Assembly: GCA_035758735.1 (NCBI GenBank) | Contig: DASTWH010000077.1 | Span: 1-31,343 of the forward strand | Source of the DNA: Gaiellaceae bacterium | Lineage (GTDB): Bacteria > Actinomycetota > Thermoleophilia > Gaiellales > Gaiellaceae | Direction: 5' to 3' | Length of the DNA stretch: 31,343 bases | Part shown: piece after piece, positions 16,759-26,242 of the stretch | How positions within the stretch are numbered: position 1 is the first letter of the stretch | How the letters are laid out: each line of letters starts with the position of its first letter | The notes under the pieces: generated by a model | Database searches by the model: none | Told to the model about the DNA's origin: nothing | The model's input: only the letters and a program-made list of their open reading frames with translations | Made by a program: the position numbers and the translations under genes

Positions 16759-17646
16759 CTAGGCGGCGGCCGACTCCACGCGCACGAGCGCGCGGACGGC
16801 TCCCTCGCGAAGCCCACCCCTGCCAACCTCGAGCTTCGTGTCGAGGCGCCGAGCCAGCTCGGCGAGGACGAGCGTGCCGCCGAGCAGCGTCTCGAGCCGC
16901 GTCGGCGTGACGTCGAGCCCGGCGCCCACGGACTCGTGACCCTCGGTGGCGATTCGGTCCGCAAGGGCGTCGAGCTTCCCCGCTCCGAAGCGAGGGCCGA
17001 CGATCCGGCCGACCGCGCGCGCCGTCCCGCCGATCGCGAGCGCGGCAGCGGCGCGCGGAGGCTCCATGCCGATCAGCAGATCTCGTACGCCAGCCCGTGC
17101 CGCCTCGACGTCCGCAGGTGTCGGTCGCGGATGGGACAGGAAGCGACGGGTGACCCTGAGCGCGCCGGCGTCGCACGAGCTGACCCATGCGGGGCCGACG
17201 GCGGCCGGGCCGAAGGCGATCTCGCACGACCCACCGCCCAGATCGATCACTGCCACGGTGCGCGGGTGCGCCTCGAGTGCGGCGACCGCGCCCTCCCAGG
17301 CGAGCCGCGCCTCGTCTTCGGCCGACAGCACGAGCACATGCGCGCGTGTCGCATCCGCGAGGACGTCCACCAGCTCGTCCGCGTTCGACGCCTGGCGACC
17401 CGGGGCGGTGACGATCGTCTCGATGCGCTCGGCTCCGAGTGTCCGTGCTCGGAGAGCGAAGCGCTCCGCGACGAACTCGAGCTCGTCCAGCTTGCGGGCG
17501 CCGATGCTGCCGAAGCGGTAGGCGTCGTCACCGAGCCGTAGATACACGCGATCGCGCTCGACCGCCTTCGCGTCGCCGCCCGGCTCGATCGCGGCCACGA
17601 GAAGCCTGATCGAGTTCGAGCCGACGTCGATGACCGCCACCCGCAC
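16759..17646 (-). CDS. ppx: Exopolyphosphatase Ppx/GppA (short form, no HD domain)
   Basis: IDVGSNSIRL, LSAEDEARL, IDLGGGSCE, GLREG. Start taken at GTG 17646, which has GACAAT 7 nt upstream. Confidence 0.88.
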   Translation of the reverse strand: MRVAVIDVGSNSIRLLVAAIEPGGDAKAVERDRVYLRLGDDAYRFGSIGARKLDELEFVAERFALRARTLGAERIETIVTAPGRQASNADELVDVLADATRAHVLVLSAEDEARLAWEGAVAALEAHPRTVAVIDLGGGSCEIAFGPAAVGPAWVSSCDAGALRVTRRFLSHPRPTPADVEAARAGVRDLLIGMEPPRAAAALAIGGTARAVGRIVGPRFGAGKLDALADRIATEGHESVGAGLDVTPTRLETLLGGTLVLAELARRLDTKLEVGRGGLREGAVRALVRVESAAA

Positions 17647-17677
17647 GGGCGGGATTGTCGCGAGTGGGTCGGCCGGT

Positions 17678-19774
17678 CTAGCCGGCGCGCCGCTCACGAG
17701 CGCCGCGGCGTGCGCGCTTGAGCGATCGACGCATCATCGTGTCGTGATGCGAATACGACTTCGCGGGCTTCTCGGGTATGACCCGGGTCCACTCGCCGTT
17801 GGCGTCGAGGGTCCAGGCGTTCGTGTCGTCGGCCAGCGCGCTGTCGAGGATGGCGTGCACCTCCTGTCGCGCGCGGCCGTTCTCGACGGGAGCGAGCACC
17901 TCGATCCGGTGGTCCAGGTTTCGCTGCATGAGGTCCGCGCTGCCGATGTACGTCGCGACCCTGTCGTCGGCCTCGAACGAGTAGATCCTGCTGTGCTCGA
18001 GAAACCGCCCGACGATCGAGCGCACGTGGATGTTCTCGGAGAGCCCTTTCACTCCGGGACGGAGTGCGCACGTCGAGCGGGCGACGATGTCGACCTGCGC
18101 GCCTGCCCGTGACGCTGCGTACAGCTCCTCCACGATCTTCGGATCGACGAGGTGGTTGAGCTTGAGGCGGATGCGCGCGTGCTTTCCGTCGGCGGCCGCA
18201 GCTGCGACACGGCGGATCTCGTCGACCAGTCCGCTTCGAAGCGTGAACGGCGCGACGAGGAGCTTCCGGAACTTCTGCGGGCGCCCGAACCCGGTGATGT
18301 AGTTGAAGAGGTCTGCGACATCGGCTGTGATCTCCTCGTCGGCCGTGAACACGCCGAGGTCTTCGTAGAGCCGGGCGGTGGCTGCGTGGTAGTTCCCCGT
18401 GCCGATGTGCGCATAGCGGCGGAGAGCGTCGCCTTCCCGGCGGACGATGAGGGTCATCTTCGCGTGGATCTTGAGGTCGGGGAAGCCGTACACGACGTGG
18501 ACGCCCGCCTGCTCGAGCGCTCTCGACCACTCGATGTTGCGGAGCTCGTCGAAGCGGGCCTTGAGCTCGACGAGGCATACCGACTGCTTGCCTTCCTCGG
18601 CGCACTGGATGAGCGAGCCGACGAGGACGCTGTCGTCGCTCGTGCGATACACGGCCGTCTTCATCGCGATGACGTTCGGATCGCGCACGGCGGCCTGCGC
18701 GAAGACCTCGAAGCTCGCGATGAACGAGCCGTAGGGCTGGTGCACGAGTACGTCGCCCCGGCGGATCTCGTCGAAGATGGCCGAGGGATCGCTCTGCGCC
18801 GGAGCGAGCCGCGGAGGAATCGCCGGAATCCAGGGCTCGGGCTTGAGCTCGGGCCGGTCGATCGCCGTCAGCTCGAGCAGCTCGGAGAGGTCGAGCGGGC
18901 TCTCGACGCGGTAGACCTGCGTCTCGTCGGCGCCGAGGCCGCTCTGCAGGCGCGCAACCATCTCGGAGGACGCCGACGAGCTCACCTCGACGCGCACGAC
19001 GTCCCCGAAGCGCCGTCGTCGAAGCTGGGTCTCGACGGCCTCCAGAAGGTCGTCCGCGTCGTCGGACACCTCGAAGTCGGCATCGCGCGTCACGCGGAAG
19101 ACGGCACGCTCGAGGATGGTGACTCCCGGGAACAGCGTCGGCAGGAAGTGCGCGATGACCTGCTCCAGCGGCACGTACAGGCCGCGTCCGCCGAGCTCGA
19201 GGAACCGGGGCAGGCCCTCCGGGATCTTCACGCGGGCGAAGCGCTCCTCGCCCGTATCGGGGTCTTCGGCGAAGATCGCGAGCGAGAGCGAGAGGCCCGA
19301 GATGTACGGGAAGGGCTGGCCGGGACCGACAGCGAGCGGTGTGAGGACGGGGTAGACCTCGCGCTGGAACCGCTTCTCGAGCTGGCCGAGCTCCTTGTCG
19401 GAGAGGTCCTCGATCCCGCCGACGGTGATGCCTTCGGCCGCGAGCGCGGGCCGGAGGTCGCGCTTCCAGAGCCGCGACTGCATTGCGGACAGCTCGAGGA
19501 CGCGCTCGCGGATGCGGGCGAGCGCTTGCTGTGGCGTCAGGCCGTCGGCGGAGCGGACGGTGATGCCTGCCTCGGCCTGTCCGAGGAGCCCCGCGACGCG
19601 CACCTGGAAGAACTCGTCGAGGTTGGAGGAGAAGATCGCGCAGAACTTCACGCGCTCGAGGAGGGACAGCGACTCGTCGGTCGCGAGCTCGAGGACACGC
19701 GCGTGGAACTCGAGGTGCGAGAGCTCCCTGTTGAGCAGGGTCTCGGGAGGCTGTGACCGAACGCGCGTCGCCAT
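17678..19774 (-). CDS. ppk1: Polyphosphate kinase 1
   Basis: NRELSHLEF, SSNLDEFFQVRVAGL, ELKARFDE, KIHAK, GTGNY, FLEHSRIY, GSADLMQRNL. Confidence 0.97.
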   Translation of the reverse strand: MATRVRSQPPETLLNRELSHLEFHARVLELATDESLSLLERVKFCAIFSSNLDEFFQVRVAGLLGQAEAGITVRSADGLTPQQALARIRERVLELSAMQSRLWKRDLRPALAAEGITVGGIEDLSDKELGQLEKRFQREVYPVLTPLAVGPGQPFPYISGLSLSLAIFAEDPDTGEERFARVKIPEGLPRFLELGGRGLYVPLEQVIAHFLPTLFPGVTILERAVFRVTRDADFEVSDDADDLLEAVETQLRRRRFGDVVRVEVSSSASSEMVARLQSGLGADETQVYRVESPLDLSELLELTAIDRPELKPEPWIPAIPPRLAPAQSDPSAIFDEIRRGDVLVHQPYGSFIASFEVFAQAAVRDPNVIAMKTAVYRTSDDSVLVGSLIQCAEEGKQSVCLVELKARFDELRNIEWSRALEQAGVHVVYGFPDLKIHAKMTLIVRREGDALRRYAHIGTGNYHAATARLYEDLGVFTADEEITADVADLFNYITGFGRPQKFRKLLVAPFTLRSGLVDEIRRVAAAAADGKHARIRLKLNHLVDPKIVEELYAASRAGAQVDIVARSTCALRPGVKGLSENIHVRSIVGRFLEHSRIYSFEADDRVATYIGSADLMQRNLDHRIEVLAPVENGRARQEVHAILDSALADDTNAWTLDANGEWTRVIPEKPAKSYSHHDTMMRRSLKRARRGARERRAG

Positions 19775-19832
19775 CGGTGCATTGTGTATCGGCAGCACGT
19801 TCTGTGGGGTGAGCTTCCGGTGAAGCGAGCCG

Positions 19833-20924
19833 CTACGCGTGCGCAGGAACGAGTCGCCGCGTCTCGTACCGGCGCGCCATGAACGCCGCGACGGCGATGG
19901 TGCCCGCGAGCAGGAAGACGATGAGGTCGCCCGCAGGGAGCTTCGTGACCTCCTCCATCACCGCGCCGACCAGGCCTGCGGCGGGCAACGTCAGCACCCA
20001 GGCCACGGCGATGTTGCCCGCGATGCCCCAGCGGACGGCCGCGAGCCCGCGCGTCGCGCCGGAGCCCATGACGCAGCCCGTGATCGTCTGCGTCGTCGAG
20101 ACGGGGAACCCGTAGTGCGCGGTCGTCCAGAGGATCGCCGCGCATGAGGTCTGAGCCGCGAAGCCCTGCGGCGGGTCGATCTTCGCGATGCGCGAGCCCA
20201 TCGTGCGGATGATCCGCCAGCCGCCGACGTACGTCCCGATCGCCATGGCGAGGGCCGACGACACGATAACCCAGGTCGGGGGGCGGTCGAAGTCTGGGCT
20301 CAGGTGTCCCGAGACGATGAGCGCCAGGGCGATGATGCCCATCGTCTTCTGCGCGTCGTTCGTGCCGTGCGTGAAGGCGACGAAGCTTCCCGAGACGATC
20401 TGCCCGCGGCGGAAGATCCGGTTGATGCGGCTTGGCGAGCGCCGCCGGATGACCCAGATGATGAGGATCATCAGCGCGAACGCCGTCGCGAAGCCGACCG
20501 TGGGCGAGAGGATCCCGGGGATGACGACCTTGTCCCAGATGCCGTCCCAGTTGATGACGTCGAGTCCGGAGGCGGCTATCGACGAGCCCGCGACGCCGCC
20601 GATGAGGGCGTGGCTCGAGCTCGAGGGCAGCCCGAGGAACCAGGTGATGAGGTTCCAGGTGATCGCTCCGACGAGTCCTGCGAGAATGACGCTCAAGGTG
20701 ATCGTGTCGGGATTCACGATCCCCTTGGCGATGGTCGCCGCGACCGCGAACGACGCAAACGCACCGGCGAAGTTGAGGATCGCCGCGAGGATGACTGCCG
20801 TGCGCGGCGTCAGCGCCCTCGTCGAGACGCTCGTGGCGATCGCGTTCGCCGTGTCGTGGAAGCCGTTCGTGAAGTCGAAGAAGAGGGCGGTCGCGATGAC
20901 GGCCGCGAGGGTGAGGTCCTCCAC
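19833..20924 (-). CDS. pit: PiT-family inorganic phosphate transporter
   Basis: GFHDTANAIATSV and HGTNDAQKTMG signature repeats, PSSSSHALIG, PVSTTQ. Confidence 0.95.
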   Translation of the reverse strand: MEDLTLAAVIATALFFDFTNGFHDTANAIATSVSTRALTPRTAVILAAILNFAGAFASFAVAATIAKGIVNPDTITLSVILAGLVGAITWNLITWFLGLPSSSSHALIGGVAGSSIAASGLDVINWDGIWDKVVIPGILSPTVGFATAFALMILIIWVIRRRSPSRINRIFRRGQIVSGSFVAFTHGTNDAQKTMGIIALALIVSGHLSPDFDRPPTWVIVSSALAMAIGTYVGGWRIIRTMGSRIAKIDPPQGFAAQTSCAAILWTTAHYGFPVSTTQTITGCVMGSGATRGLAAVRWGIAGNIAVAWVLTLPAAGLVGAVMEEVTKLPAGDLIVFLLAGTIAVAAFMARRYETRRLVPAHA

Positions 20925-20930
20925 GCCGGC

Positions 20931-21548
20931 CTAGCTCTTCACGAGGATGTTGGCGATGACGTTCGCCGCCGTCTCGCACGCGTCGAGCGCGCGCTCGAGG
21001 CCCTCGTAGATGTCCTTCCAGCGGATGACGATGAGCGGGTCGATCCCCTCGTCGCGGAAGAGTGCGGCGAGCGCGTCGCGAAGCACGCGGTCGCCCTCGT
21101 CCTCATGGGCCTTCACCTGCACGAGTGCCTCCTGGACGCCGCGCATCCCCTTCAGGTTGTCGCACGCGAGGGCGAGCTGCTCGCATGCCTTCACGATGAT
21201 CCCGCACTGCTCGACGGCGTGGCGCGTCGGCATCTCGACGCCGTAGAGACCGAGCAGGTCGGACGCCTCCTCGAGGTAGTCGACGACGTCGTCGATCTCG
21301 GTCGCGAGGAGGTAGATGTCTTCGCGGTCGAACGGCGTCACGTACTGCGTGTTCAGGAGCGTGATGAGCTCGCGCGTGATCGCGTCGCCTTCGGTCTCCT
21401 CCTTCTTCACCTGCTCCTGGGTGATCCCGGAGTTCGGGTGCTCGCGGAAGCGACGTTCGACGAGCCGCGAGACCTCGAGTGCGTTCTCGCCGGCCTTGCC
21501 GAAGAGCGTGAAGAACTCGGAGGTGCGCGGGGTCAGGCTGATCCGCAT
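20931..21548 (-). CDS. DUF47 PhoU-like phosphate transport regulator (Pit accessory protein)
   Basis: ETEGDAI, TPFDREDIYLL, HEDEGD, IRWKDIYEGLE; directly upstream of pit. Confidence 0.92.
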   Translation of the reverse strand: MRISLTPRTSEFFTLFGKAGENALEVSRLVERRFREHPNSGITQEQVKKEETEGDAITRELITLLNTQYVTPFDREDIYLLATEIDDVVDYLEEASDLLGLYGVEMPTRHAVEQCGIIVKACEQLALACDNLKGMRGVQEALVQVKAHEDEGDRVLRDALAALFRDEGIDPLIVIRWKDIYEGLERALDACETAANVIANILVKS

Positions 21549-21557
21549 GCGGGCGGC

Positions 21558-21585
21558 ACGTTAACCAATCGGAGACATTTGTAAA
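21558..21585 (-). promoter_or_regulatory. Putative sigma70-type promoter of the DUF47-pit operon
   Basis: Minus strand: TTTACA, 16 nt, TAACGT, then 9 nt to ATG 21548; an AT-rich patch in a GC-rich background. Confidence 0.55.
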
Positions 21586-21596
21586 CGCGAAGGCGT

Positions 21597-22655
21597 CTAC
21601 GCGAGGGCGTCGACGACGAGCGCCTGGAAGTGCGCGATGAGCTGTTCCGACTCCGGAAGCAGGCGTCCGTCCTCGATCAAACCCGCCCGCATGCCCGCCT
21701 GCACGCGCTCGATGAGGACGCGATCCTCTGCGCCGACCTGTGCGTCGAACGCCAGCGACTCCTCGATCCACGCCTCGTCGGCGTCCGCCGCGACGAAGTA
21801 GTCGAGGAAGCGATACGTCTTCTCCGGTGCGGTCGGGACGATCGGCCCGATCGAGAAGTTCGGGCGGCCTGGCATCACGTTGATCACCGTGCCCGGGAAG
21901 AGGAGGTGGAACTGGCCGCGCTCGACCTCCCCGTTCGGGTCGTACGCCCCGCGCGGCTCCGCCCGCGGTGGGCCGTGCTGCGTCATGCGGCCGCCGCTCG
22001 TCTCGAGCAGGTAGGAGTCGACGGAGACGTCCATCACCGCCGAGAACCCGGGGTGCGCGGTCGGGCAGTGGTAGCACTCGAGGAAGTTCTCGGCGGAGAC
22101 CTTCCAGTTGCACGCGAGCTCGGATTCGGAGCGCTGGAGGAACCGGAGGGCGTCGAGATCGATCCCCGCGTCCGCGATTCGCTCCGGCATGCCGTCGAGG
22201 AAGTCCTCGAGCGGAGCGGGCTCGGGATCGGGGTTGACGAACACAAGCGGTCCCCAGGTGCCGAGCTGGAGCTGTACGAGGCCGAGCTCGGGCGACTCGA
22301 TTCCGCCTTCCCGCTTGGAGCGCGGCGCCGTGATCAGGCGTCCGTCGAGCCCGTACGTCCACGCGTGGTACGGGCACTGGAGGGTCTCGCGCTGCCCTTG
22401 CCCGTCGCAGATGATCGAGCCTCTGTGCCGACAGACGTTGAGGAACGCTCGAAGCGTGTCCTCGCGGTCGCGCACCAGGACGACCGGGACGTCACCGACC
22501 CGCGTCGCCGCGAACGACCCCGGCTCGGAGACCTCGCCGGCGTGCCCGACGTACTGCCACGAGCGGCGAAAGATGCGTTCGCGCTCCAGCTCGAGCACCG
22601 CGGGATCGCTGTACCAGCCCCACGGAAGCGTGCGATTCGCGACGTCTGTGGCCAC
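21597..22655 (-). CDS. Rieske non-heme iron oxygenase alpha subunit (choline monooxygenase/CntA-like group)
   Basis: Rieske CRHRG...CPYHAW, mononuclear iron site ENFLECYHCPTAH, distal EDRVLIERVQAG. Confidence 0.9.
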   Translation of the reverse strand: MATDVANRTLPWGWYSDPAVLELERERIFRRSWQYVGHAGEVSEPGSFAATRVGDVPVVLVRDREDTLRAFLNVCRHRGSIICDGQGQRETLQCPYHAWTYGLDGRLITAPRSKREGGIESPELGLVQLQLGTWGPLVFVNPDPEPAPLEDFLDGMPERIADAGIDLDALRFLQRSESELACNWKVSAENFLECYHCPTAHPGFSAVMDVSVDSYLLETSGGRMTQHGPPRAEPRGAYDPNGEVERGQFHLLFPGTVINVMPGRPNFSIGPIVPTAPEKTYRFLDYFVAADADEAWIEESLAFDAQVGAEDRVLIERVQAGMRAGLIEDGRLLPESEQLIAHFQALVVDALA

Positions 22656-22704
22656 GGTTCGACTCTACCCGCGTCCCTTGCGGCCGGTCGGGCAGACTGC
22701 GCGG

Positions 22705-24279
22705 GTGGCTGACGCGCGGCGGATCGTGGAGGAGGCGGAAGCGCGTCTCGCCCCGCTGACCGAGGAGACCAACCTCGCGTGGTGGGCCTCGCAGGTCGAG
22801 GCGACGACGGAGAATGCGGCGCGGAGGGAGCGCGCGGAGATCGCATGGTCGGACGCGCTCGCCGACCGCGAGTACTTCGCAGCCGTCGAGCAGGCTCGTT
22901 CGAACGATGCTGGCGGAGACGTTCGGCGTCGTCTCGACCTGCTTCACGACGAGATGCTGAGACACCAGATCCCCCAGGGGCTGAGATCGAGGATCGTCGA
23001 GCTGGAGACGTCGGTCGACCTGCGCTACTCGCGCCATCGCGGCGTCGTCGGAGGCGAGGAGGTCGGTGACACGGAGATCAAGAGGGTCCTCCGCCGCAGC
23101 GACGATCTTCGCGAGCGGCGGGAGGCCTGGGAGGCGTCGAAGACCGTCGGTGCCGTCGTCGCCGACGACGTGCGCGAGCTCGCGCGGCTGCGCAACGACG
23201 CCGCACGTTCTCTCGGTCACCGCGACTGGTTCGCGCTGTCGCTGGCGACGGACGAGTTGGACGAGGAACGTCTCGTTGAGACGCTCGCCGAGGCGGATCG
23301 TGTGACCGCCGGGCCGTTCGCGCGCTGGAAGGGCACGCTCGACGAGCGCCTCGCGGCCCGGTTCGGCTGCCCGGTCGCCGAGCTGCGGCCGTGGCATCAC
23401 TCCGACCCGTTCTTCCAGGAGGTTCCGCCGGAAGGCGCGGTCGATCTCGACCCGTACTTCGACGGCGCGGACATCGTCGACCTCGCCCGGCGAACGATCG
23501 AAGGCGTCGGGCTCGACGCGCGGGGGATCATCGAGCGCAGTGACGTCTATCCCCGCGACGGGAAGAACCAGCACGCGTTCTGCATCGACATCGACCGCCG
23601 CGGCGACGTCCGCGTGCTCGCGAACCTCGTTACGACGCACGAGTCGGCCGACACGATGCTCCACGAGCTCGGCCACGGCGTCTACGACCTCGGCTTCCGG
23701 GACGACCTCCCGTGGCTACTGCGCTCGACCCACCTCGTGGCGACGGAGGCTTCGGCGATCCTCTTCGGCTCGCTCGCGGGGAGGCGGGAGTGGCTCGAGC
23801 GCGTCCTCGGCCTCGGGGCGCGCGAGGGAGCGGAGCTCGCGCCGAGGCTGCGCGGCGCTCGAGCCGTCGAGCTGCTCGTCTTCACCCGCTGGGTGCTCGT
23901 GATGAACGCCTTTGAGCGAGCGCTGTACGCGAACCCGGACGGGGACCTCGACGCTCTCTGGTGGGAGCTCGTCTCGCGCTACCAGCGAGTCACGCCTCCG
24001 GACGATCGCCGAGCCCCAGACTGGGCCGCGAAGATCCACATCGCGGTCTCACCCGTCTACTACCACACGTACCTGTACGGGGTGATCGTCGCGCTGCAGC
24101 TCGACGCCGCGCTCGAGAGCGAGGTAGGCGGCATCGTGGAGCGCTCCGAGGCGGGCGCGCTCCTGCGGGAGCGGCTCTTCCGGCCGGGGCAGTCGGTTCG
24201 CTGGGATCGGCTCGTCGAGGACGCGACCGGGTCGCCCCTCTCCGTCGAGTCGCTCGAACGCGCAGTCACGGCCGTATGA
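22705..24279 (+). CDS. Zinc metallopeptidase, M2 (ACE-like)/M3 gluzincin
   Basis: HELGH followed by Glu at +24 (TEASA) and PDWAAKIH...PVYYHTY; start at GTG 22705. Confidence 0.85.
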   Translation: MADARRIVEEAEARLAPLTEETNLAWWASQVEATTENAARRERAEIAWSDALADREYFAAVEQARSNDAGGDVRRRLDLLHDEMLRHQIPQGLRSRIVELETSVDLRYSRHRGVVGGEEVGDTEIKRVLRRSDDLRERREAWEASKTVGAVVADDVRELARLRNDAARSLGHRDWFALSLATDELDEERLVETLAEADRVTAGPFARWKGTLDERLAARFGCPVAELRPWHHSDPFFQEVPPEGAVDLDPYFDGADIVDLARRTIEGVGLDARGIIERSDVYPRDGKNQHAFCIDIDRRGDVRVLANLVTTHESADTMLHELGHGVYDLGFRDDLPWLLRSTHLVATEASAILFGSLAGRREWLERVLGLGAREGAELAPRLRGARAVELLVFTRWVLVMNAFERALYANPDGDLDALWWELVSRYQRVTPPDDRRAPDWAAKIHIAVSPVYYHTYLYGVIVALQLDAALESEVGGIVERSEAGALLRERLFRPGQSVRWDRLVEDATGSPLSVESLERAVTAV

Positions 24280-25439
24280 GCGAGCTCGCTCCGCTCGTCG
24301 GCGAGGAGACGACCGCCGAGGAGGAGCGCAAGACCAGCTACCTCGAGCTCTTCTTCGACCTCGTCTTCGTGTTCGCGTTCACGCAGGTCACATCGCTGAT
24401 CCTCGAGGACACGAGCCCGCAGGGGTTCGCGCGAGCCGCGCTCGTGCTCGCGATGGTCTGGTGGGCGTGGTCCGCCTACGCGTGGATGACGAACGCGATC
24501 GACGTCGAGAACAGCGTGACGCGGCTCATCATGTTCGCGGCCATGGCGGCCGGGTTCTTCATGGCTCTCGCCGTTCCCGACACGTTCCAGGACGAGGCTG
24601 CATGGTTCGCGGTCGCCTACTTCGTCGTGCGCGTCCTCAACTCGGCGCTGTACGCGTGGGGGGTGCGCGACGACCCGGCGGTGCTCAAATCGGTCGCGCG
24701 GCTCTCGCCCTGGTTCCTCGGCGCGGCGGTGGTCGCGCTCGTCGGCGGCTTCGTCGATCCCGACTACCGCGCGTGGTTCTGGGTCGCGTCGCTCACCATC
24801 GACGTCGTCGGGACGCTGACCGTCGCGAGATTGGAGTGGCACGTCTCGCCGTCGCACTTCGCCGAGCGCTTCGCGCTCATCGTGATCATCGCTCTCGGCG
24901 AGTCGATCGTGGCGATCGGCATCGGCACGTCACACCTCACGCGCGATGCGACGTACGCGGTCTCGGTCGTGGTTGCCTTCGCGGGCGTCGCGGCGCTCTG
25001 GTGGGCGTACTTCGACTTCACCGCAGTCGCTGCGGAGCGCTCGTTGCGACGTGCGTCGCAGCTCGCCCGCGGCCCCCTTGCGCGGGACGTCTTCACGTTC
25101 TTCCACTACCCGGTCGTGCTCGGGATCATCCTCTACGCCGTCGCGGCCAAGAAGACGCTCGAGCATCCGCTCGACCCCCTCTCCAAGGCGGGCCGCTGGG
25201 CGCTCGGGCTCGGGATCGCGCTCTTCCTCCTCGGGTTCGCGCTCATGCGCTTCCGTGTCATTCGCCGGATCGCATGGGAGCGCGTGGCCGCCGCCGCGGC
25301 CGTGCTCGTCATCGCAGTGCTGCTCGACGGGGCGGATGCGATCGTGACGCTCGGAGTCGTCATCGTCATCCTTCTCTTCTCGATCGCGCTCGAGACTGTC
25401 CGTCTGCGGGAGCTCCGTGCGACCTTGCGTGCCGGGTAG
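24276..25439 (+). CDS. ltrA: Low temperature requirement protein A family membrane protein
   Basis: ATGA overlap. TSYLELFFDLVFVFAFTQV and SHFAERFALIVIIALGESIV signatures. Confidence 0.92.
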   Translation: MSELAPLVGEETTAEEERKTSYLELFFDLVFVFAFTQVTSLILEDTSPQGFARAALVLAMVWWAWSAYAWMTNAIDVENSVTRLIMFAAMAAGFFMALAVPDTFQDEAAWFAVAYFVVRVLNSALYAWGVRDDPAVLKSVARLSPWFLGAAVVALVGGFVDPDYRAWFWVASLTIDVVGTLTVARLEWHVSPSHFAERFALIVIIALGESIVAIGIGTSHLTRDATYAVSVVVAFAGVAALWWAYFDFTAVAAERSLRRASQLARGPLARDVFTFFHYPVVLGIILYAVAAKKTLEHPLDPLSKAGRWALGLGIALFLLGFALMRFRVIRRIAWERVAAAAAVLVIAVLLDGADAIVTLGVVIVILLFSIALETVRLRELRATLRAG

Positions 25440-25450
25440 CCTCGACGCGC

Positions 25451-26242
25451 ATGAGCACCCAGGAGGAAAAGGGGCTCGCGTTCCGCGCATTGCACGAGGG
25501 CGAGCCGTTCGTCATCCCGAACCCGTGGGACACGGGCTCGGCCCGCGCGCTCGAGGCGCTCGGCTTCGAGGCGCTCGCGACGACGAGCTCGGGATTCGCG
25601 TTCACGCTCGGCCGGCTCGACGGGCAGGCGACCCTCGCCGAGGTCGTCGCGCACGTGTCCGAGCTCGATCGCGCGACGGGACTTCCCGTGTCCGTCGACC
25701 TCGAGAACGGCTACGCGACGGACGCGGCCGGCGTCGCGCTCGCCATCGCGCGCGTCGCTGAGGCCGGGGCGGTGGGCGGCTCGATCGAGGACTGGGATCC
25801 GGCGGGACGGTTGTACGACCGGGGCGAGTCGGTCGAGCGTCTGGCCGCCGCGGTCGAAGCGGTGCGCGGGCTCGGGTTCGCCTTCACGCTGACGGCTCGC
25901 GCCGAGAACCACATCCGTGGGAATCCCGACCTCGACGACACGATCGCGCGCCTGCGGGCGTTCGAGGAAGCAGGGGCCGACGTCCTCTACGCACCGGGCC
26001 TCCGGACGGTCGAGGAGATCCGCACCGTGTGCGACGCGGTCACGCGACCGGTCAACGTCCTCGCCTTCGGCGACCTCTCGTTGGCCGAGCTCGCCGAGGC
26101 CGGCGCGCAACGCGTGAGCGTCGGCGGTGGCCTGACCTGGGTCGCCATGGCTGCGTTCGCCGACGCTGCCCGCGCCATCCGCGAGGACGGTGATTTCTCG
26201 TCCCTCGGAGCCAGGGTTCCGCTGCGCGACTGGATCGGCTAG
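25451..26242 (+). CDS. Isocitrate lyase/PEP phosphomutase family protein
   Basis: PNPWDTGSAR, GFEALATTSSG, VDLENGY, GGSIED, LTARAEN, EAGADVLYAPG. Confidence 0.9.
   Translation: MSTQEEKGLAFRALHEGEPFVIPNPWDTGSARALEALGFEALATTSSGFAFTLGRLDGQATLAEVVAHVSELDRATGLPVSVDLENGYATDAAGVALAIARVAEAGAVGGSIEDWDPAGRLYDRGESVERLAAAVEAVRGLGFAFTLTARAENHIRGNPDLDDTIARLRAFEEAGADVLYAPGLRTVEEIRTVCDAVTRPVNVLAFGDLSLAELAEAGAQRVSVGGGLTWVAMAAFADAARAIREDGDFSSLGARVPLRDWIG

Noticed and set aside
18697-18750. PPK1 HQPY in place of the common HHPY as a possible inactivating change
   Set aside because: The catalytic histidines lie in KIHAK and FLEH, both intact; this position varies in the family.
18152-19756. Long antisense or alternative-frame ORFs (e.g. 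18152-19756 +, 1878-3026 -, 20304-21584 +, 4916-6433 +, 26451-28316 +)
   Set aside because: Shadow ORFs expected opposite real genes at high GC3; no recognisable motifs.
21558-21590. PHO box at the DUF47-pit promoter (GTTTAC/GTCTCC/GTTAAC)
   Set aside because: Spacing is 10 then 11 nt and the match to the ATCTTCAC units is poor; kept only as a promoter call.
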